A stretch of DNA of 64,000 nucleotides from Sphingomonas adhaesiva (GCF_036946305.1 NZ_JAQIJJ010000005.1:266052-330051); one strand, 5' to 3'. Shown: positions 20,702 to 30,695, counted from the stretch's first letter. Notes: generated from the letters alone by a model not told the origin. Program-made: numbers and translations.

Positions 20702-20845
20702 CAGCGCTTTCCTCCTCCGCTCCGTCATTCCCGCGAAGGCGGGAATCCATACACGCAGGTGATGCGGCTCAATCCGCCACGGCAGCGTCAATGGATCCCC
20801 GCCTTCGCGGGGATGACGAAGAGGGACGTGAACGACTCTCTCGCC
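20702..20845. repeat. R2 family element, long form (~145 bp)
   Basis: Near-identical over ~145 bp to 39500-39645 (CAGCGCTTT.CTCCT.CGC.CCGTCATTCCCGCG.AGGCGGGAATCCATAC...GGATCCCC.CCTTCGCGGGGATGACGAAG). Confidence 0.85.
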
Positions 20846-20886
20846 ACAAAAGCTGAATGTCGATCGACCCCAGCGCCGGAGCAGCG

Positions 20887-22173
20887 TCACGCCAGGATCG
20901 GCATCCACATCGGCTCGCCGATCACGCTCTGCGATCCGCGCAGCCGCTCCAGCGCCGCGGCCACGCAGCGTTCCGGTCCGTCGTGGGTGACGATCACGAC
21001 CAGCACATGGCCGTCCGCCTGCGCGCCGCGCTGGATCAGGCTCTCGATCGACACCCCCGCATCGCGCATCGCCGCGGCCAGTTCCGCCAGCACACCGACG
21101 CGGTCGGGCACCGCGAAGCGCAGATAGGCACGGCCGCGCCGCTCGCCGCCGTCCGCGCGGGTCGCCTGAGTCAGTGCGTCGGCGGGCATCGCATAAGGCG
21201 CACCGAATTCGCCGCGCGCGATATCGATCAGGTCGGCGACCACCGCGCTCGCGGTCGGCCCCTCGCCCGCGCCGGCGCCCTGGAACAGCAGCCGGCCGAC
21301 GAAATCGCCCTCCGCCACCACCGCATTGGTGGCACTGGTGACATGCGCCAGCGGATGCGCGGCGGGGACGAGATGCGCGCGGACGCGTTGCAGCAGCCCG
21401 TCCGCGCCCATTTCGCCCACGCCGATCAGGCGGATGCGATAGCCGAGCGCCGCCGCCTCCGCGATATCCGCCGCCAACACGTGCCGGATGCCAGCGATCG
21501 CGACCTCGCCGAACGCGGGCGCGGTGCCGAACGCGATGCTGGCGAGGATCGACAATTTGTGCGCCGCATCCACGCCGTCGATGTCGAACGACGGATCCGC
21601 CTCCGCGAAGCCCAGCGCCTGCGCCTCCGCCAGCACCTCCGCGAAGTCGCGGCCCTCCGCCTCCATCTTGGACAGGATGAAATTGCACGTTCCGTTCAGG
21701 ATGCCATAGACGCGCGCGATCACGTTCGCCGCCGCCCCGTCACGCAAGCCCTTGATGACCGGGATGCCGCCCGCGACCGCGGCCTCGAACTTCAGCGCGG
21801 CGCCGTTCGTCTCCGCCGCTCGCGCCAGTTCCAGCCCGTGGTGCGCCAGCAGCGCCTTGTTCGCGGTGACCAGCCCCTTGCCCGCGGCCAGCGTGCGCCG
21901 CGCCAGCGCCAGCGCCGGCCCGTCGGAGCCGCCGATCAGTTCCACCATCACATCGGCATCGACATCGGCCATTGCCGCAGTGTCGTCGATCCAGTCGAAG
22001 CGCGACAGATCGATGCCGCGATCCTTGGCGCGATCGCGTGCGGAAATCGCCACCACCTCGATCGGGCGTCCGGCGCGGCGGGCGATAAGATCACGATTGG
22101 CGTCCAGGACGCGGATCACGCCGCCCCCGACCGTCCCCAGTCCCGCCAATGCCACCCGCAACGCGTCCGCCAT
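20887..22173 (-). CDS. hom: homoserine dehydrogenase
   Basis: Reads LRVALAGLGTVGGGV, KFEAAVAGGIPVIK and GILNGTCNFILS, with a C-terminal ACT domain. I prefer the ATG at 22173, which has GGAGG 5 nt upstream; the track start at 22185 is a TTG. Confidence 0.93.
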   Translation of the reverse strand: MADALRVALAGLGTVGGGVIRVLDANRDLIARRAGRPIEVVAISARDRAKDRGIDLSRFDWIDDTAAMADVDADVMVELIGGSDGPALALARRTLAAGKGLVTANKALLAHHGLELARAAETNGAALKFEAAVAGGIPVIKGLRDGAAANVIARVYGILNGTCNFILSKMEAEGRDFAEVLAEAQALGFAEADPSFDIDGVDAAHKLSILASIAFGTAPAFGEVAIAGIRHVLAADIAEAAALGYRIRLIGVGEMGADGLLQRVRAHLVPAAHPLAHVTSATNAVVAEGDFVGRLLFQGAGAGEGPTASAVVADLIDIARGEFGAPYAMPADALTQATRADGGERRGRAYLRFAVPDRVGVLAELAAAMRDAGVSIESLIQRGAQADGHVLVVIVTHDGPERCVAAALERLRGSQSVIGEPMWMPILA

Positions 22174-22261
22174 GCCCGCCTCCAAGCCCAGGGCGTCCGC
22201 CTAGGCGGTTCGCGCCGGACTGTCGAGACGGCCCGATGTGAAACGATTGCAGCTTTTGCAA

Positions 22262-22378
22262 TTACGCAGCAAGCAGATTGCACTTGCACAAAAACGTGCT
22301 GCGATGCACAAGGACTGTGCCTTTCAGGCATCCTCTCCTAAAAACTTTTCGGCCGGGCCTTGCCCGGCCTTTTTTTTG
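22262..22378 (+). ncRNA. candidate small RNA or 5' leader/attenuator (5' end undefined)
   Basis: Lower-GC stretch with no credible ORF. It has hairpin TGCCT-TTC-AGGCA (22319-22331), then single-stranded CU-rich TCCTCTCCTAAAAAC, then a strong intrinsic terminator. No + strand CDS lies upstream. Confidence 0.35.
22351..22378 (+). terminator. strong intrinsic terminator (orphan)
   Basis: GGCCGGGC-CTTG-CCCGGCC followed by T8 (22370-22377). Confidence 0.75.
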
Positions 22379-22585
22379 GCCTCGCGCTAGGCTATTGCCT
22401 GTGGGCTCGCACCCGAAAACAGATCAGCGCGCAGGATGGGATGTCGCCGGTAGGACCGGCATTCGCGGCCAGACGGGGTGAGCGGCGCCGGACCCGCTCC
22501 CCCCGGTCCAGTCATCACGCTTTACAGTCTCCGCCGGTCGCGCCGGCCGCTTTCCGCCCGGCCGCAACTGTGCCACGCTGCCGGC

Positions 22586-24559
22586 ATGTCCCGTCCCGAT
22601 GCCACGCCGCCCGTGCCGTCCGCCTCCCCTGCCGAGCTGACACTGCGCGGCATCCTGCTGGGCGGCGCGATCACGTTGCTGTTCACCGCCGCCAACGTCT
22701 ATCTGGGGCTCAAGATCGGGCTGACCTTCGCCACTTCGATCCCCGCGGCGGTCATTTCCATGGCGGTGCTGCGCGCCTTTCGCGGCTCCTCGATCCTGGA
22801 AAACAACATCGTCCAGACGGTCGCGTCCGCGGCGGGCACGCTGGCGGCAATCATCTTCGTCCTGCCGGGCCTCGTCATGGTCGGCTATTGGCAGGGCTTC
22901 CCCTTCGTCACCACCGCCGCGATCACCGCGACCGGCGGCGTCTTGGGGGTGATGTTCTCGGTCCCGCTGCGCCGCGCGCTGGTGGTCGACACCGACCTCC
23001 CCTATCCCGAAGGCCGCGCCGCTGCCGAGGTGCTGAAGGTGGGCGAGGAAAGCCGCCACGGCGGCGCCGACAGCGCGCGCGGGATGCGCGCGATCGTCAC
23101 CAGCACGCTCGCCTCGGCCGGCTTCGCGATCCTGACGCAAACCCGGCTGGTCGCGGCGGAAGCCGCCACCTTCTTCCGCATCGGCGGCGGCGCGACCGGG
23201 GTGGTCGGTGGCCTGTCGTTCGCGCTGCTGGGTGCGGGGCACCTGATCGGCCTGTCGGCCGGGATGGCGATCCTGGCCGGCGTCGCGGTCGGCTGGTGGA
23301 TCGTGCTGCCGATTCTGACCGCCGCCTCGCCGCAGGCGGGCGATGTCGCGCAATGGGCCAATATTGTGTTCCGCAACGACGTGCGCTTCTTCGGCGCAGG
23401 CGTGATCGGGGTGGCGGCGATCTGGACGCTGCTGCGCATCGCCGGCCCGGTCGCGCGCGGGCTGCGCGCCTCGCTCGCCGGCAGCCGCCGCGCGCACGGC
23501 GAGGCGGTGGCGCTGGAGGAGCGCGACCTGCCCTTCCCGATCGTCGCGGGCGGCGCGCTGGCGATGCTGGTGCCGATCGCGATCCTGCTTCACCACGTCG
23601 TCGCGGGCGGGCCGCTGGCGGGTGCGGAGCTGCTGCTGATCGCGGCCAGCCTGCTGTTCGTGCTGGTCATCGGCCTCGTGATCGCGGCGGTGTGCGGCTA
23701 TATGGCCGGGCTGATCGGCGCGTCGAACTCGCCGGTGTCCGGAATCGGCATCCTGTCGGTGATCGCCGCCTCGCTGATGCTGGTCGGCTGGTTCGGGCGC
23801 CCCGCGGGCGATCCGGCGCAAACCTCGGCACTGGTCGCCTATGCGCTGATCGTCACCGGCATCGTCTTCGGCATCGCCACCATCTCCAACGACAACCTTC
23901 AGGACCTGAAGACCGGGCAGCTGGTCGGCGCGACGCCGTGGAAGCAGCAGGTGGCGCTCGTCATCGGTGTCGGCTTCGGCGCGCTGGTGGTGCCGCCGGT
24001 GATGCAATTGCTCTACACCTCCTTCGGCTTCGCCGGCATGCCGGGCGCGGGGCCGAACGCGCTGCCCGCACCGCAGGCGGCGCTGATCTCCGCGCTGGCG
24101 CAGGGCGTGCTGGGCGGCAACCTCAACTGGACGATGATCGGCTGGGGTGCCGCGGTCGGCGTGCTGGCGATCGTGGTGGACGAGGCGCTGGGGCGCGCCG
24201 GGCGGATGCGGCTGCCCCCGCTGGGCGTGGGGCTGGGCATCTACCTGCCGATGGCGGCGACGCTGACCGTCGTGGCGGGATCGGTCATCGGCCATGTCTA
24301 TGACCGCTGGGCGGACCGCCGCACCGACGTGGAGGGAGCGAAGCGGCTGGGCGTGCTGACCGCGACGGGCATGATCGTGGGCGAAAGCCTGTGGAACGTC
24401 ATCTTCGCCGGCATCGTCTATGAGGCGGGGACCGATGCGCCGCTCGCGCTGGTGGCCGGTGACGGCACGCCCGCGCTGCTGCTGGGCGTCGCGGTCTTCG
24501 CGGGCATCGCCGCGCTGCTCTATGCGCAGGCACGCCGACTGGCCGGAACGCGCGCCTGA
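22586..24559 (+). CDS. OPT-family oligopeptide transporter
   Basis: About 16 TM segments. N-terminal ELTLRGILLGGAITLLFTAANVYLGLKIGLTFATSIPAAV is typical of the OPT superfamily. I prefer the ATG at 22586. Confidence 0.9.
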   Translation: MSRPDATPPVPSASPAELTLRGILLGGAITLLFTAANVYLGLKIGLTFATSIPAAVISMAVLRAFRGSSILENNIVQTVASAAGTLAAIIFVLPGLVMVGYWQGFPFVTTAAITATGGVLGVMFSVPLRRALVVDTDLPYPEGRAAAEVLKVGEESRHGGADSARGMRAIVTSTLASAGFAILTQTRLVAAEAATFFRIGGGATGVVGGLSFALLGAGHLIGLSAGMAILAGVAVGWWIVLPILTAASPQAGDVAQWANIVFRNDVRFFGAGVIGVAAIWTLLRIAGPVARGLRASLAGSRRAHGEAVALEERDLPFPIVAGGALAMLVPIAILLHHVVAGGPLAGAELLLIAASLLFVLVIGLVIAAVCGYMAGLIGASNSPVSGIGILSVIAASLMLVGWFGRPAGDPAQTSALVAYALIVTGIVFGIATISNDNLQDLKTGQLVGATPWKQQVALVIGVGFGALVVPPVMQLLYTSFGFAGMPGAGPNALPAPQAALISALAQGVLGGNLNWTMIGWGAAVGVLAIVVDEALGRAGRMRLPPLGVGLGIYLPMAATLTVVAGSVIGHVYDRWADRRTDVEGAKRLGVLTATGMIVGESLWNVIFAGIVYEAGTDAPLALVAGDGTPALLLGVAVFAGIAALLYAQARRLAGTRA

Positions 24560-24658
24560 ACGGTCGATAACGGGCGCATTCAGAACGCGCTCAGCCGCCA
24601 GCTTCTACGTCACTCCCATCGCGATCCTGTTGGCGGATCGCGTCGTGGGAGCGAGAAG

Positions 24659-25084
24659 ATGCTGAAGAAGGTCTCGATCGGTCTGGGTTCGGTCGCTCTG
24701 GCGACGGCGGCACTGGCCCCGGTGGCAGCGCAGGCGCAGGATTATTATTACGGCGACCGCCACGATGCGCGCGCCTATGACGACGATGGCTATCGCGACC
24801 ACGACCGCGCCTATCGCGAGGCGTATCGCGACGGCTGGAACCGCGCCCCCCGCTATGCCGAATACGACCGCCGCGGCGACGACCGCGACGCGCGCTATCG
24901 CTATCGCCGCTGCCAGGACGGCACCGTCGGCACTTTGGTCGGCGCGCTCGCGGGCGGTCTGCTGGGGCGGACGATCGACCGCCGCGGCGATCGCACGTTG
25001 GGCACGGTGATCGGCGCCGGCGCCGGCGCGCTGGCCGGCAATGCGGTCGCCCGCGCCGACAATCCGCGCGGCTGCAGCCGCTGA
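24659..25084 (+). CDS. glycine-zipper 2TM (17-kDa surface antigen-like) exported protein
   Basis: Signal peptide ending AAQAQ, a D/R/Y-rich spacer and the C-terminal glycine zipper GTLVGALAGGLLG...GTVIGAGAGALAG. Confidence 0.8.
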   Translation: MLKKVSIGLGSVALATAALAPVAAQAQDYYYGDRHDARAYDDDGYRDHDRAYREAYRDGWNRAPRYAEYDRRGDDRDARYRYRRCQDGTVGTLVGALAGGLLGRTIDRRGDRTLGTVIGAGAGALAGNAVARADNPRGCSR

Positions 25085-25105
25085 CACGCGACCGGGGACG
25101 CGCCG

Positions 25106-26131
25106 CTACGGCAGCAGCAGCGACGCGTCCCCATAGGAATAGAAGCGATATTCGCGCTCGATCGCATGCGCGTAGGCCGCCTGCATCGCGTCCAGCCCCA
25201 TCAGCGCCGATACCAGCATGAACAGCGTCGAGCGCGGCAAATGGAAGTTGGTCATCAGGCCGTCGATGCCGCGAAAGCGATAGCCGGGCGTGATGAAGAT
25301 CGCGGTGTCGCCATCGAACGGGCGCACCACCTGATCCTCGCCGGTCGCACTCTCGATCAGCCGTAACGAGGTCGTGCCGACCGCGATCACCCGCCCGCCC
25401 GCGGCACGCGTAGCGTTCAGGCGGTCGGCGGTCGCTCCATCGATACGGCCCCATTCGGCATGCATGCGGTGGTCCGCGGTGTCCTGCGCCTTGACCGGCA
25501 GGAAGGTGCCCGCGCCGACGTGCAGCGTCAGCGTCGTATGGCCGATCCCCGCCGCCTCCAGCGCCGCGATCAACGCGGGCGTGAAATGGAGTGCGGCGGT
25601 GGGCGCCGCGACCGCGCCGGGTTCGCTGGCGAACATCGTCTGGTAATCATCGGCATCCCGCGCGTCGGTAGCGCGCTTTCCCGCGATATAGGGCGGCAGC
25701 GGCATCCGGCCGGCGCGCTCCAGCAGCCATTCGACCGGCTCATCGCCCGCGAAATCGAGCGCCCAGCTGCCGTCCTCGCCGCGATCCGCCGCTATTCCGA
25801 TTACATCGGCGCCAAAATCGATCGAATCGCCGTCGCGTAGCCGTCGCGCGTTGCGGACGAACGCACGCCAGCGGCGTGGCCCTTCGCGCTTGTGCAGCGT
25901 CGCGCCGATCCGCGCATCGCCGCGCGTTCCCTCCAGCTGCGCGGGGATGACGCGCGTGTCGTTGAACACCAGCAGATCGCCCGCCCGCAACTGCGCCGGC
26001 AGGTCCGACACCTGCCGGTCAGCGAGGCCGTCCGGCGTCACCACCAGCATTCGCGCCGCGTCGCGCGGCGACGCGGGGCGCAGCGCGATCCGCTCCGCCG
26101 GCAGGGCGAAGTCGAAAAGGTCGACGTCCAT
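25106..26131 (-). CDS. queA: S-adenosylmethionine:tRNA ribosyltransferase-isomerase
   Basis: Starts [24 protein letters not shown] and contains MPLPPYI and [10 protein letters not shown]. Confidence 0.95.
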   Translation of the reverse strand: MDVDLFDFALPAERIALRPASPRDAARMLVVTPDGLADRQVSDLPAQLRAGDLLVFNDTRVIPAQLEGTRGDARIGATLHKREGPRRWRAFVRNARRLRDGDSIDFGADVIGIAADRGEDGSWALDFAGDEPVEWLLERAGRMPLPPYIAGKRATDARDADDYQTMFASEPGAVAAPTAALHFTPALIAALEAAGIGHTTLTLHVGAGTFLPVKAQDTADHRMHAEWGRIDGATADRLNATRAAGGRVIAVGTTSLRLIESATGEDQVVRPFDGDTAIFITPGYRFRGIDGLMTNFHLPRSTLFMLVSALMGLDAMQAAYAHAIEREYRFYSYGDASLLLP

Positions 26132-26136
26132 CGGCG

Positions 26137-26805
26137 TCAGCGCTTCGGCGCGCGCTTCCGGGCGGGTGCGGGCGCCTTCGTCCCCGGCAGCGTGGGCAGC
26201 GTCGCGGGTGCCAGCGTGGGCGGCGGCGCGGGCGCGAAAGCGGGCGGATTGTCGCTCGCGATATAGGCGTGGACGATCCGTGTCGGGTTCGCGGGCGGTT
26301 CGCCGCGCTGGATCGCGTCCACCACCGGCATCCCCGACATCACGCGACCGAAGACGGTATATTTGCGATCGAGCTGGAGACGCGGCTGGAAGACGATGTA
26401 GAACTGGCTGTTCGCGCTGTCCTCCTTCTCCGCCCGCGCCGCCGCGACCGCGCCGCGGACATGGGGCAGGTAGTTGAACTCGGCCGGCAGGTCGGGAAGC
26501 GTGCTGCCCCCGCTGCCGTCGCCGCGCGGATCGCCGCCCTGCGCCATGAAGCCGTCGATCACGCGATGGAACACCAGCCCGTCGTAGAAATGCTGGCGGG
26601 TCAGCGTCTTGATGCGCTCCACCATCTTGGGCGCGACATCGGGACGCAGCAGGATCTCGACCCGTCCACCGCTCGACAGGTCGAGCAGCCAGACATTGTC
26701 CTTATCGATCGCGGCGGGCGCGGGCGTCGGCGCGGCCTGCTGCGCCAGCGAGGGGGTGGCAACGAAGGCCGCGACGATGGCGGCAAGCAAGGCGAAGGGA
26801 CGCAT
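26137..26805 (-). CDS. peptidyl-prolyl cis-trans isomerase (cyclophilin type), exported
   Basis: Contains [15 protein letters not shown], a signal peptide [21 protein letters not shown] and a Pro/Ala-rich C-terminal tail. I prefer the ATG at 26805. Confidence 0.9.
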   Translation of the reverse strand: MRPFALLAAIVAAFVATPSLAQQAAPTPAPAAIDKDNVWLLDLSSGGRVEILLRPDVAPKMVERIKTLTRQHFYDGLVFHRVIDGFMAQGGDPRGDGSGGSTLPDLPAEFNYLPHVRGAVAAARAEKEDSANSQFYIVFQPRLQLDRKYTVFGRVMSGMPVVDAIQRGEPPANPTRIVHAYIASDNPPAFAPAPPPTLAPATLPTLPGTKAPAPARKRAPKR

Positions 26806-26882
26806 CGGGACTTTCGCGGCAGGAGCGTGGAACCGGGCGTTCCTAGAGCAAATCGGGGCTTGCGCCAAACTGAATGGAGGCG

Positions 26883-26910
26883 GTCACCCCGGACGTGATC
26901 CGGGGGTGAC
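26883..26910. repeat. solo R1-type hairpin
   Basis: GTCACCCCGGACGTGATCCGGGGGTGAC. Confidence 0.5.
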
Positions 26911-26945
26911 GGAATGTGCGTGGCACCGCGGCACGGCGTTCGTCG

Positions 26946-27458
26946 TCAATCGCCGCGCCGTCCGATCTTCTCCACCCGCGCCACCACATCGTCGCGCACC
27001 GCAGGGCTGACGAATTTCGCGATCTCGCCGCCGAAGATCGCGATCTCCTTCACCAGTTTCGATGCGATCGGCTGCAGGCTGACGTCCGCCATCAGGAAGA
27101 CCGTCTCGATGCGGTCGTTCAGCTGCTGGTTCATCCCCGCCATCTGATATTCATACTCGAAATCGGCGACCGCGCGCAGCCCGCGGACGATGACGCTGGC
27201 GCCCTCGCGCTCGGCGAAGTTCATCAGCAGCGAATCGAACGAGACGACATGGATCTCGCCACCGATCGTCTCCACCTCGCGCCGCACCATCGCCATACGC
27301 TCGTCGAGCGAGAACATCGGCGACTTGCTGGCGTTGGTCGTGACGCCGACGACCAGCCGGTCGACCAGCTTCGCCCCGCGGCGGATGATGTCCATATGCC
27401 CCAGCGTGACGGGGTCGAACGTGCCGGGATAGACGCCGATGCGGGTCCTGGTGGTCAT
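26946..27458 (-). CDS. coaD: phosphopantetheine adenylyltransferase
   Basis: Contains GVYPGTFDPVTLGHMDII. Confidence 0.95.
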   Translation of the reverse strand: MTTRTRIGVYPGTFDPVTLGHMDIIRRGAKLVDRLVVGVTTNASKSPMFSLDERMAMVRREVETIGGEIHVVSFDSLLMNFAEREGASVIVRGLRAVADFEYEYQMAGMNQQLNDRIETVFLMADVSLQPIASKLVKEIAIFGGEIAKFVSPAVRDDVVARVEKIGRRGD

Positions 27459-27476
27459 GCCGTGGTCATCCCCTTC

Positions 27477-28385
27477 TCAACCGCGCCGGTCGGTGACGAA
27501 CTGCGCGATCGCGCGCAGCAGATCGGCCTCCGGGCCATAGGTGCGCAGGTGGTCGATCGCCTGATCGACCAGCATCTGCGACTGCTGGCGCGCCCGCTCG
27601 ACGCCCAGCAGCGAGACGAACGTCTCCTTGCCCTGCTCGCCGTCCTTGCGCAGCTTCTTGCCCGCCAGCGCCTCGTCGCCCTCGACATCCAGCAGGTCGT
27701 CGACGATCTGGAACGCCAGCCCTAGATCGTGCGCATAGCCGCGCAGGTGACGCCGCCCGTCGGGCGGTACGCGCCCCAGGATCGCACCCGCCTCCACCGC
27801 GGCGCCGATCAGCGCGCCGGTTTTCATCTGCTGCAAGCGGGTGACGGTGCCGAGGTCGAACTTCGCGCCGTCCGCGGCCAGGTCCATCGCCTGTCCGCCC
27901 GCCATGCCGGACGGGCCGGACGCGCGCGCCAGATCGGCGATCAGCTCGGCGCGCACGAACGGGTCGGCGTGGGTCGCGGGATCGGCCAGCACCTCGAACG
28001 CCAGCGCATGGAGGCAGTCGCCCGCCAGGATCGCGGTCGCCTCGTCGAATGCCTTGTGGACGGTGGCCTTGCCGTGGCGCAGGTCGTCGTCGTCCATCGC
28101 GGGCAAATCGTCATGGATCAGCGAATAGACGTGGATCGCCTCCAGCGCGGTCGCCACCCGCCCCGCGGCATCGCGCGACACGTCGAACAGCCGCGCCGTG
28201 GCGAAGACCAGCAACGGGCGCAGCCGCTTGCCGCCACCAATCGCGGCATGGCGCATCGCGCGGTACAGCGGTGCGCGCGCATCGTCGGGCACCTTCAGCA
28301 GCGCGTCGAAGCGGCGGTCCATCTCCGCCGCGACTTCCTTCAGCGCGGCCTTCAACGCGGGACTGGCGGCGGCGGTGATGCTCAT
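27477..28385 (-). CDS. ispA: polyprenyl (farnesyl/geranylgeranyl) diphosphate synthase
   Basis: First Asp-rich motif LIHDDLPAMDDDDLRHG and second motif FQIVDDLLD. The start overlaps the xseB stop (ATGA). Confidence 0.9.
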   Translation of the reverse strand: MSITAAASPALKAALKEVAAEMDRRFDALLKVPDDARAPLYRAMRHAAIGGGKRLRPLLVFATARLFDVSRDAAGRVATALEAIHVYSLIHDDLPAMDDDDLRHGKATVHKAFDEATAILAGDCLHALAFEVLADPATHADPFVRAELIADLARASGPSGMAGGQAMDLAADGAKFDLGTVTRLQQMKTGALIGAAVEAGAILGRVPPDGRRHLRGYAHDLGLAFQIVDDLLDVEGDEALAGKKLRKDGEQGKETFVSLLGVERARQQSQMLVDQAIDHLRTYGPEADLLRAIAQFVTDRRG

Positions 28386-28621
28386 CCGGCGGCGAACGGC
28401 TGGACGCCCGCGGGCTTTCCGTCCGGTCCCAGCCGGATCGCCTCGATCCGCGCCTGCGCCGCGTCGAGCCGCTCGGCACAGCGCTGACGCAGCAGGCTGC
28501 CGCGTTCGTAGAGCCGGATCGCCTCCTCCAGCGGGGTATCGCCCGATTCCAGCCGGCCGACGATCGTCTCCAGCTCGCGCAGACCGGCTTCGAACGACAG
28601 CTCTTCGAGATCCTGCTCCAT
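28382..28621 (-). CDS. xseB: exodeoxyribonuclease VII small subunit
   Basis: 79 aa, FEAGLRELETIVGRLESGDTPLEEAIRLYERG. Only the last 80 codons of track ORF 28382..29122 are used. Confidence 0.9.
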   Translation of the reverse strand: MEQDLEELSFEAGLRELETIVGRLESGDTPLEEAIRLYERGSLLRQRCAERLDAAQARIEAIRLGPDGKPAGVQPFAAG

Positions 28622-28668
28622 CCCCGCGCTATGCGACGCGGGTCGGGGCCGGTCAAGGATGGGGCAGG

Positions 28669-30369
28669 TCAGGGAAGCGCGTGGCCCGCTTCCTGTTGCA
28701 CCTGCGCGATCAGGTCCTTGCGGCTGAGCTTCCCGATCATCGTCTTGGGCAACGCATCGCGCACCACCACCGCATCGACCCTTTCGTGCTTGCCCAGTTG
28801 CGGGTTCAACCAGTCGCGGATCGCGACGCCGTCCTCCTCCGCCTCCACGCCCAGGCTGACATAGGCCCGCGGCACCTCGCCGCGATACGGGTCGGGCATG
28901 CCGATCACCAGCGCCTCGCGCACCGCGGGATGGTGGTAGAGGATCGCCTCGATCTGGCTGGGGAAGACCTTGAACCCGCCGACCGCGATCATGTCCTTCA
29001 ACCGGTCGACGATCGCGACATAGCCGTCGGCATCGATCGTCCCGACGTCGCCGGTGCGCAGCCAGCGCTGCCCGTCGGCATCGGTGACGAAGGTGGTGGC
29101 GTCCGCATCGGGGCGGTTCCAATATCCCGCCATCACCTGCGGCCCGGCGGCGACGATCTCGCCGGGTTCGCCGGCCGGCGCGTCGCGGGTGGCGTCCTCC
29201 TTGTCGACCAGCCGCAGCCGGGTGGCGGGCAGCGGCTGACCTATCGTCCCCGGCTTCTGCAGGCCCTCATAGGGATTGGTCGTCAGCACCCCGCTCGATT
29301 CGGACAGGCCATAGCCCTCGACCAGCGTCGACGCGGTCGCCGCCTCCCACCGCTCCTTCAGTTCCGCCGCCAGCGGCGCCCCGCCCGAGATGCAGGTGCG
29401 CAGCGACGTCAGGTCGGTGGTGGCCAGCGCCGGGTGATCCAGCAGCGCCCGGTACATCGTCGGCACGCCCGGCAACGCGGTCGGGCGCGTGCGCGCGATC
29501 GTCGCCAGCGCCTGCCCGGCGTCGAAGCGCGGCAGCAGCACGATCTCGCCCCCCGTCACGATCGTGCGGTTCATCACGCAGGTATTGGCGAAGACATGGA
29601 ACAGCGGCAGCACGCCCAGAATGCGGTCGGTCGCATCGGGATGCGGATCCAGCCACGCCACCTGCCGCGCGTTGGCGGCGACATTGGCCTGGGTCAACAT
29701 CGCACCCTTGGGCACGCCGGTCGTCCCGCCGGTATATTGCAGCAGCGCGACGTCGCGCAGCGGGTCGATCGCGGCGCACGGCAGGTCGCCGGCATTGTCG
29801 ATCAGCGCGGAAAAGGCGGTGACGCGGGCATCGGCCGGGCGGGCTGCCGTCTCCGCCCGCTTGAACAGGCGGTAGAGCAGCGACTTGGCCGGCGGCAAGG
29901 CACCCGCGACCGAGCCGACGACGACGCGCTCCAGCCCGCTCTTCTCCAGCACCGCCAGCGCATTGGGCAGCAGCTGCTTCGCCGACAGCGTGATCAGCAC
30001 CCGCGTGCCCGAATCCTCGACCTGGTGGCACAGCTCGTCGACGGTATAGAGCGGCGAGAAATTGACCACCGTCGCGCCCAGCCACAAGGCGCCAAAATAG
30101 GCAGCGAGGTAATGCGGCACGTTGGGCAGGAACAATCCGATCCGGTCCCCCTTGCCATAGCCCATCCGCGCCAGCCCGGTCGCGACGCGGCGCGCACCGT
30201 CCCCCAGCTCCGCATAATCGTAGCGTCGCCCCATGAACTCGATCGCGGGACGGGTCGCGAAACGGCGGGTCGATTCGTCGAACAGCTCCGCCATCGACCG
30301 CGGCGCAAGCGCCCGGTCCCAGGGAACCGGATGGCGATAGGCCTCGCGCCAGTCATGCTCGTGCGTCAT
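28669..30369 (-). CDS. long-chain fatty acid-CoA ligase (AMP-dependent synthetase)
   Basis: AMP-binding motif LQYTGGTTGVPKGAML, plus GYGLSE and TGDVG...DRLKDMI. I prefer the ATG at 30369. Confidence 0.9.
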   Translation of the reverse strand: MTHEHDWREAYRHPVPWDRALAPRSMAELFDESTRRFATRPAIEFMGRRYDYAELGDGARRVATGLARMGYGKGDRIGLFLPNVPHYLAAYFGALWLGATVVNFSPLYTVDELCHQVEDSGTRVLITLSAKQLLPNALAVLEKSGLERVVVGSVAGALPPAKSLLYRLFKRAETAARPADARVTAFSALIDNAGDLPCAAIDPLRDVALLQYTGGTTGVPKGAMLTQANVAANARQVAWLDPHPDATDRILGVLPLFHVFANTCVMNRTIVTGGEIVLLPRFDAGQALATIARTRPTALPGVPTMYRALLDHPALATTDLTSLRTCISGGAPLAAELKERWEAATASTLVEGYGLSESSGVLTTNPYEGLQKPGTIGQPLPATRLRLVDKEDATRDAPAGEPGEIVAAGPQVMAGYWNRPDADATTFVTDADGQRWLRTGDVGTIDADGYVAIVDRLKDMIAVGGFKVFPSQIEAILYHHPAVREALVIGMPDPYRGEVPRAYVSLGVEAEEDGVAIRDWLNPQLGKHERVDAVVVRDALPKTMIGKLSRKDLIAQVQQEAGHALP

Positions 30370-30408
30370 TGACACGGCTGTAAGCAAGCGCCGCGCACGC
30401 GGCAAGCG

Positions 30409-30630
30409 CTACCGGATGAGGCGGTCCGCGACATCGGCCAGCAGCGCGGCGGCGGTGGCGAGCGGCGGGGTAAGCACCGCCTCCACGCGCGGCGCACGGT
30501 CGAGATCGAACGACAGCGACAGCGTGCCGATCACCGGCCGGTCGCGCAGGTCGGACATCGCCAGCATGCTCAACGCCAGCAGCGCGAGCGCAAGGCGGCG
30601 GCGACGAAGTTCCGGCGGCGTCGGCGTCAT
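30409..30630 (-). CDS. small hypothetical protein (73 aa)
   Basis: Very high GC3 in this frame and an N-terminal RRRR-hydrophobic segment (LALALLALSMLAM). I recognise no homology. The + strand ORF 30416..30637 is its shadow. Confidence 0.35.
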   Translation of the reverse strand: MTPTPPELRRRRLALALLALSMLAMSDLRDRPVIGTLSLSFDLDRAPRVEAVLTPPLATAAALLADVADRLIR

Positions 30631-30695
30631 GGCGTGATGTCCCGGCGTGGTTTCCGCCTCGCCTTACGCCAAAGCGGCTCGACACAACAGGGGAT

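Noticed and set aside
22278-22481. 67-aa ORF in the hom-OPT spacer
   Set aside because: It reads straight through the GC-stem/T8 terminator, has no Shine-Dalgarno sequence and lacks coding-like GC3. The region is better explained as non-coding RNA or a leader.
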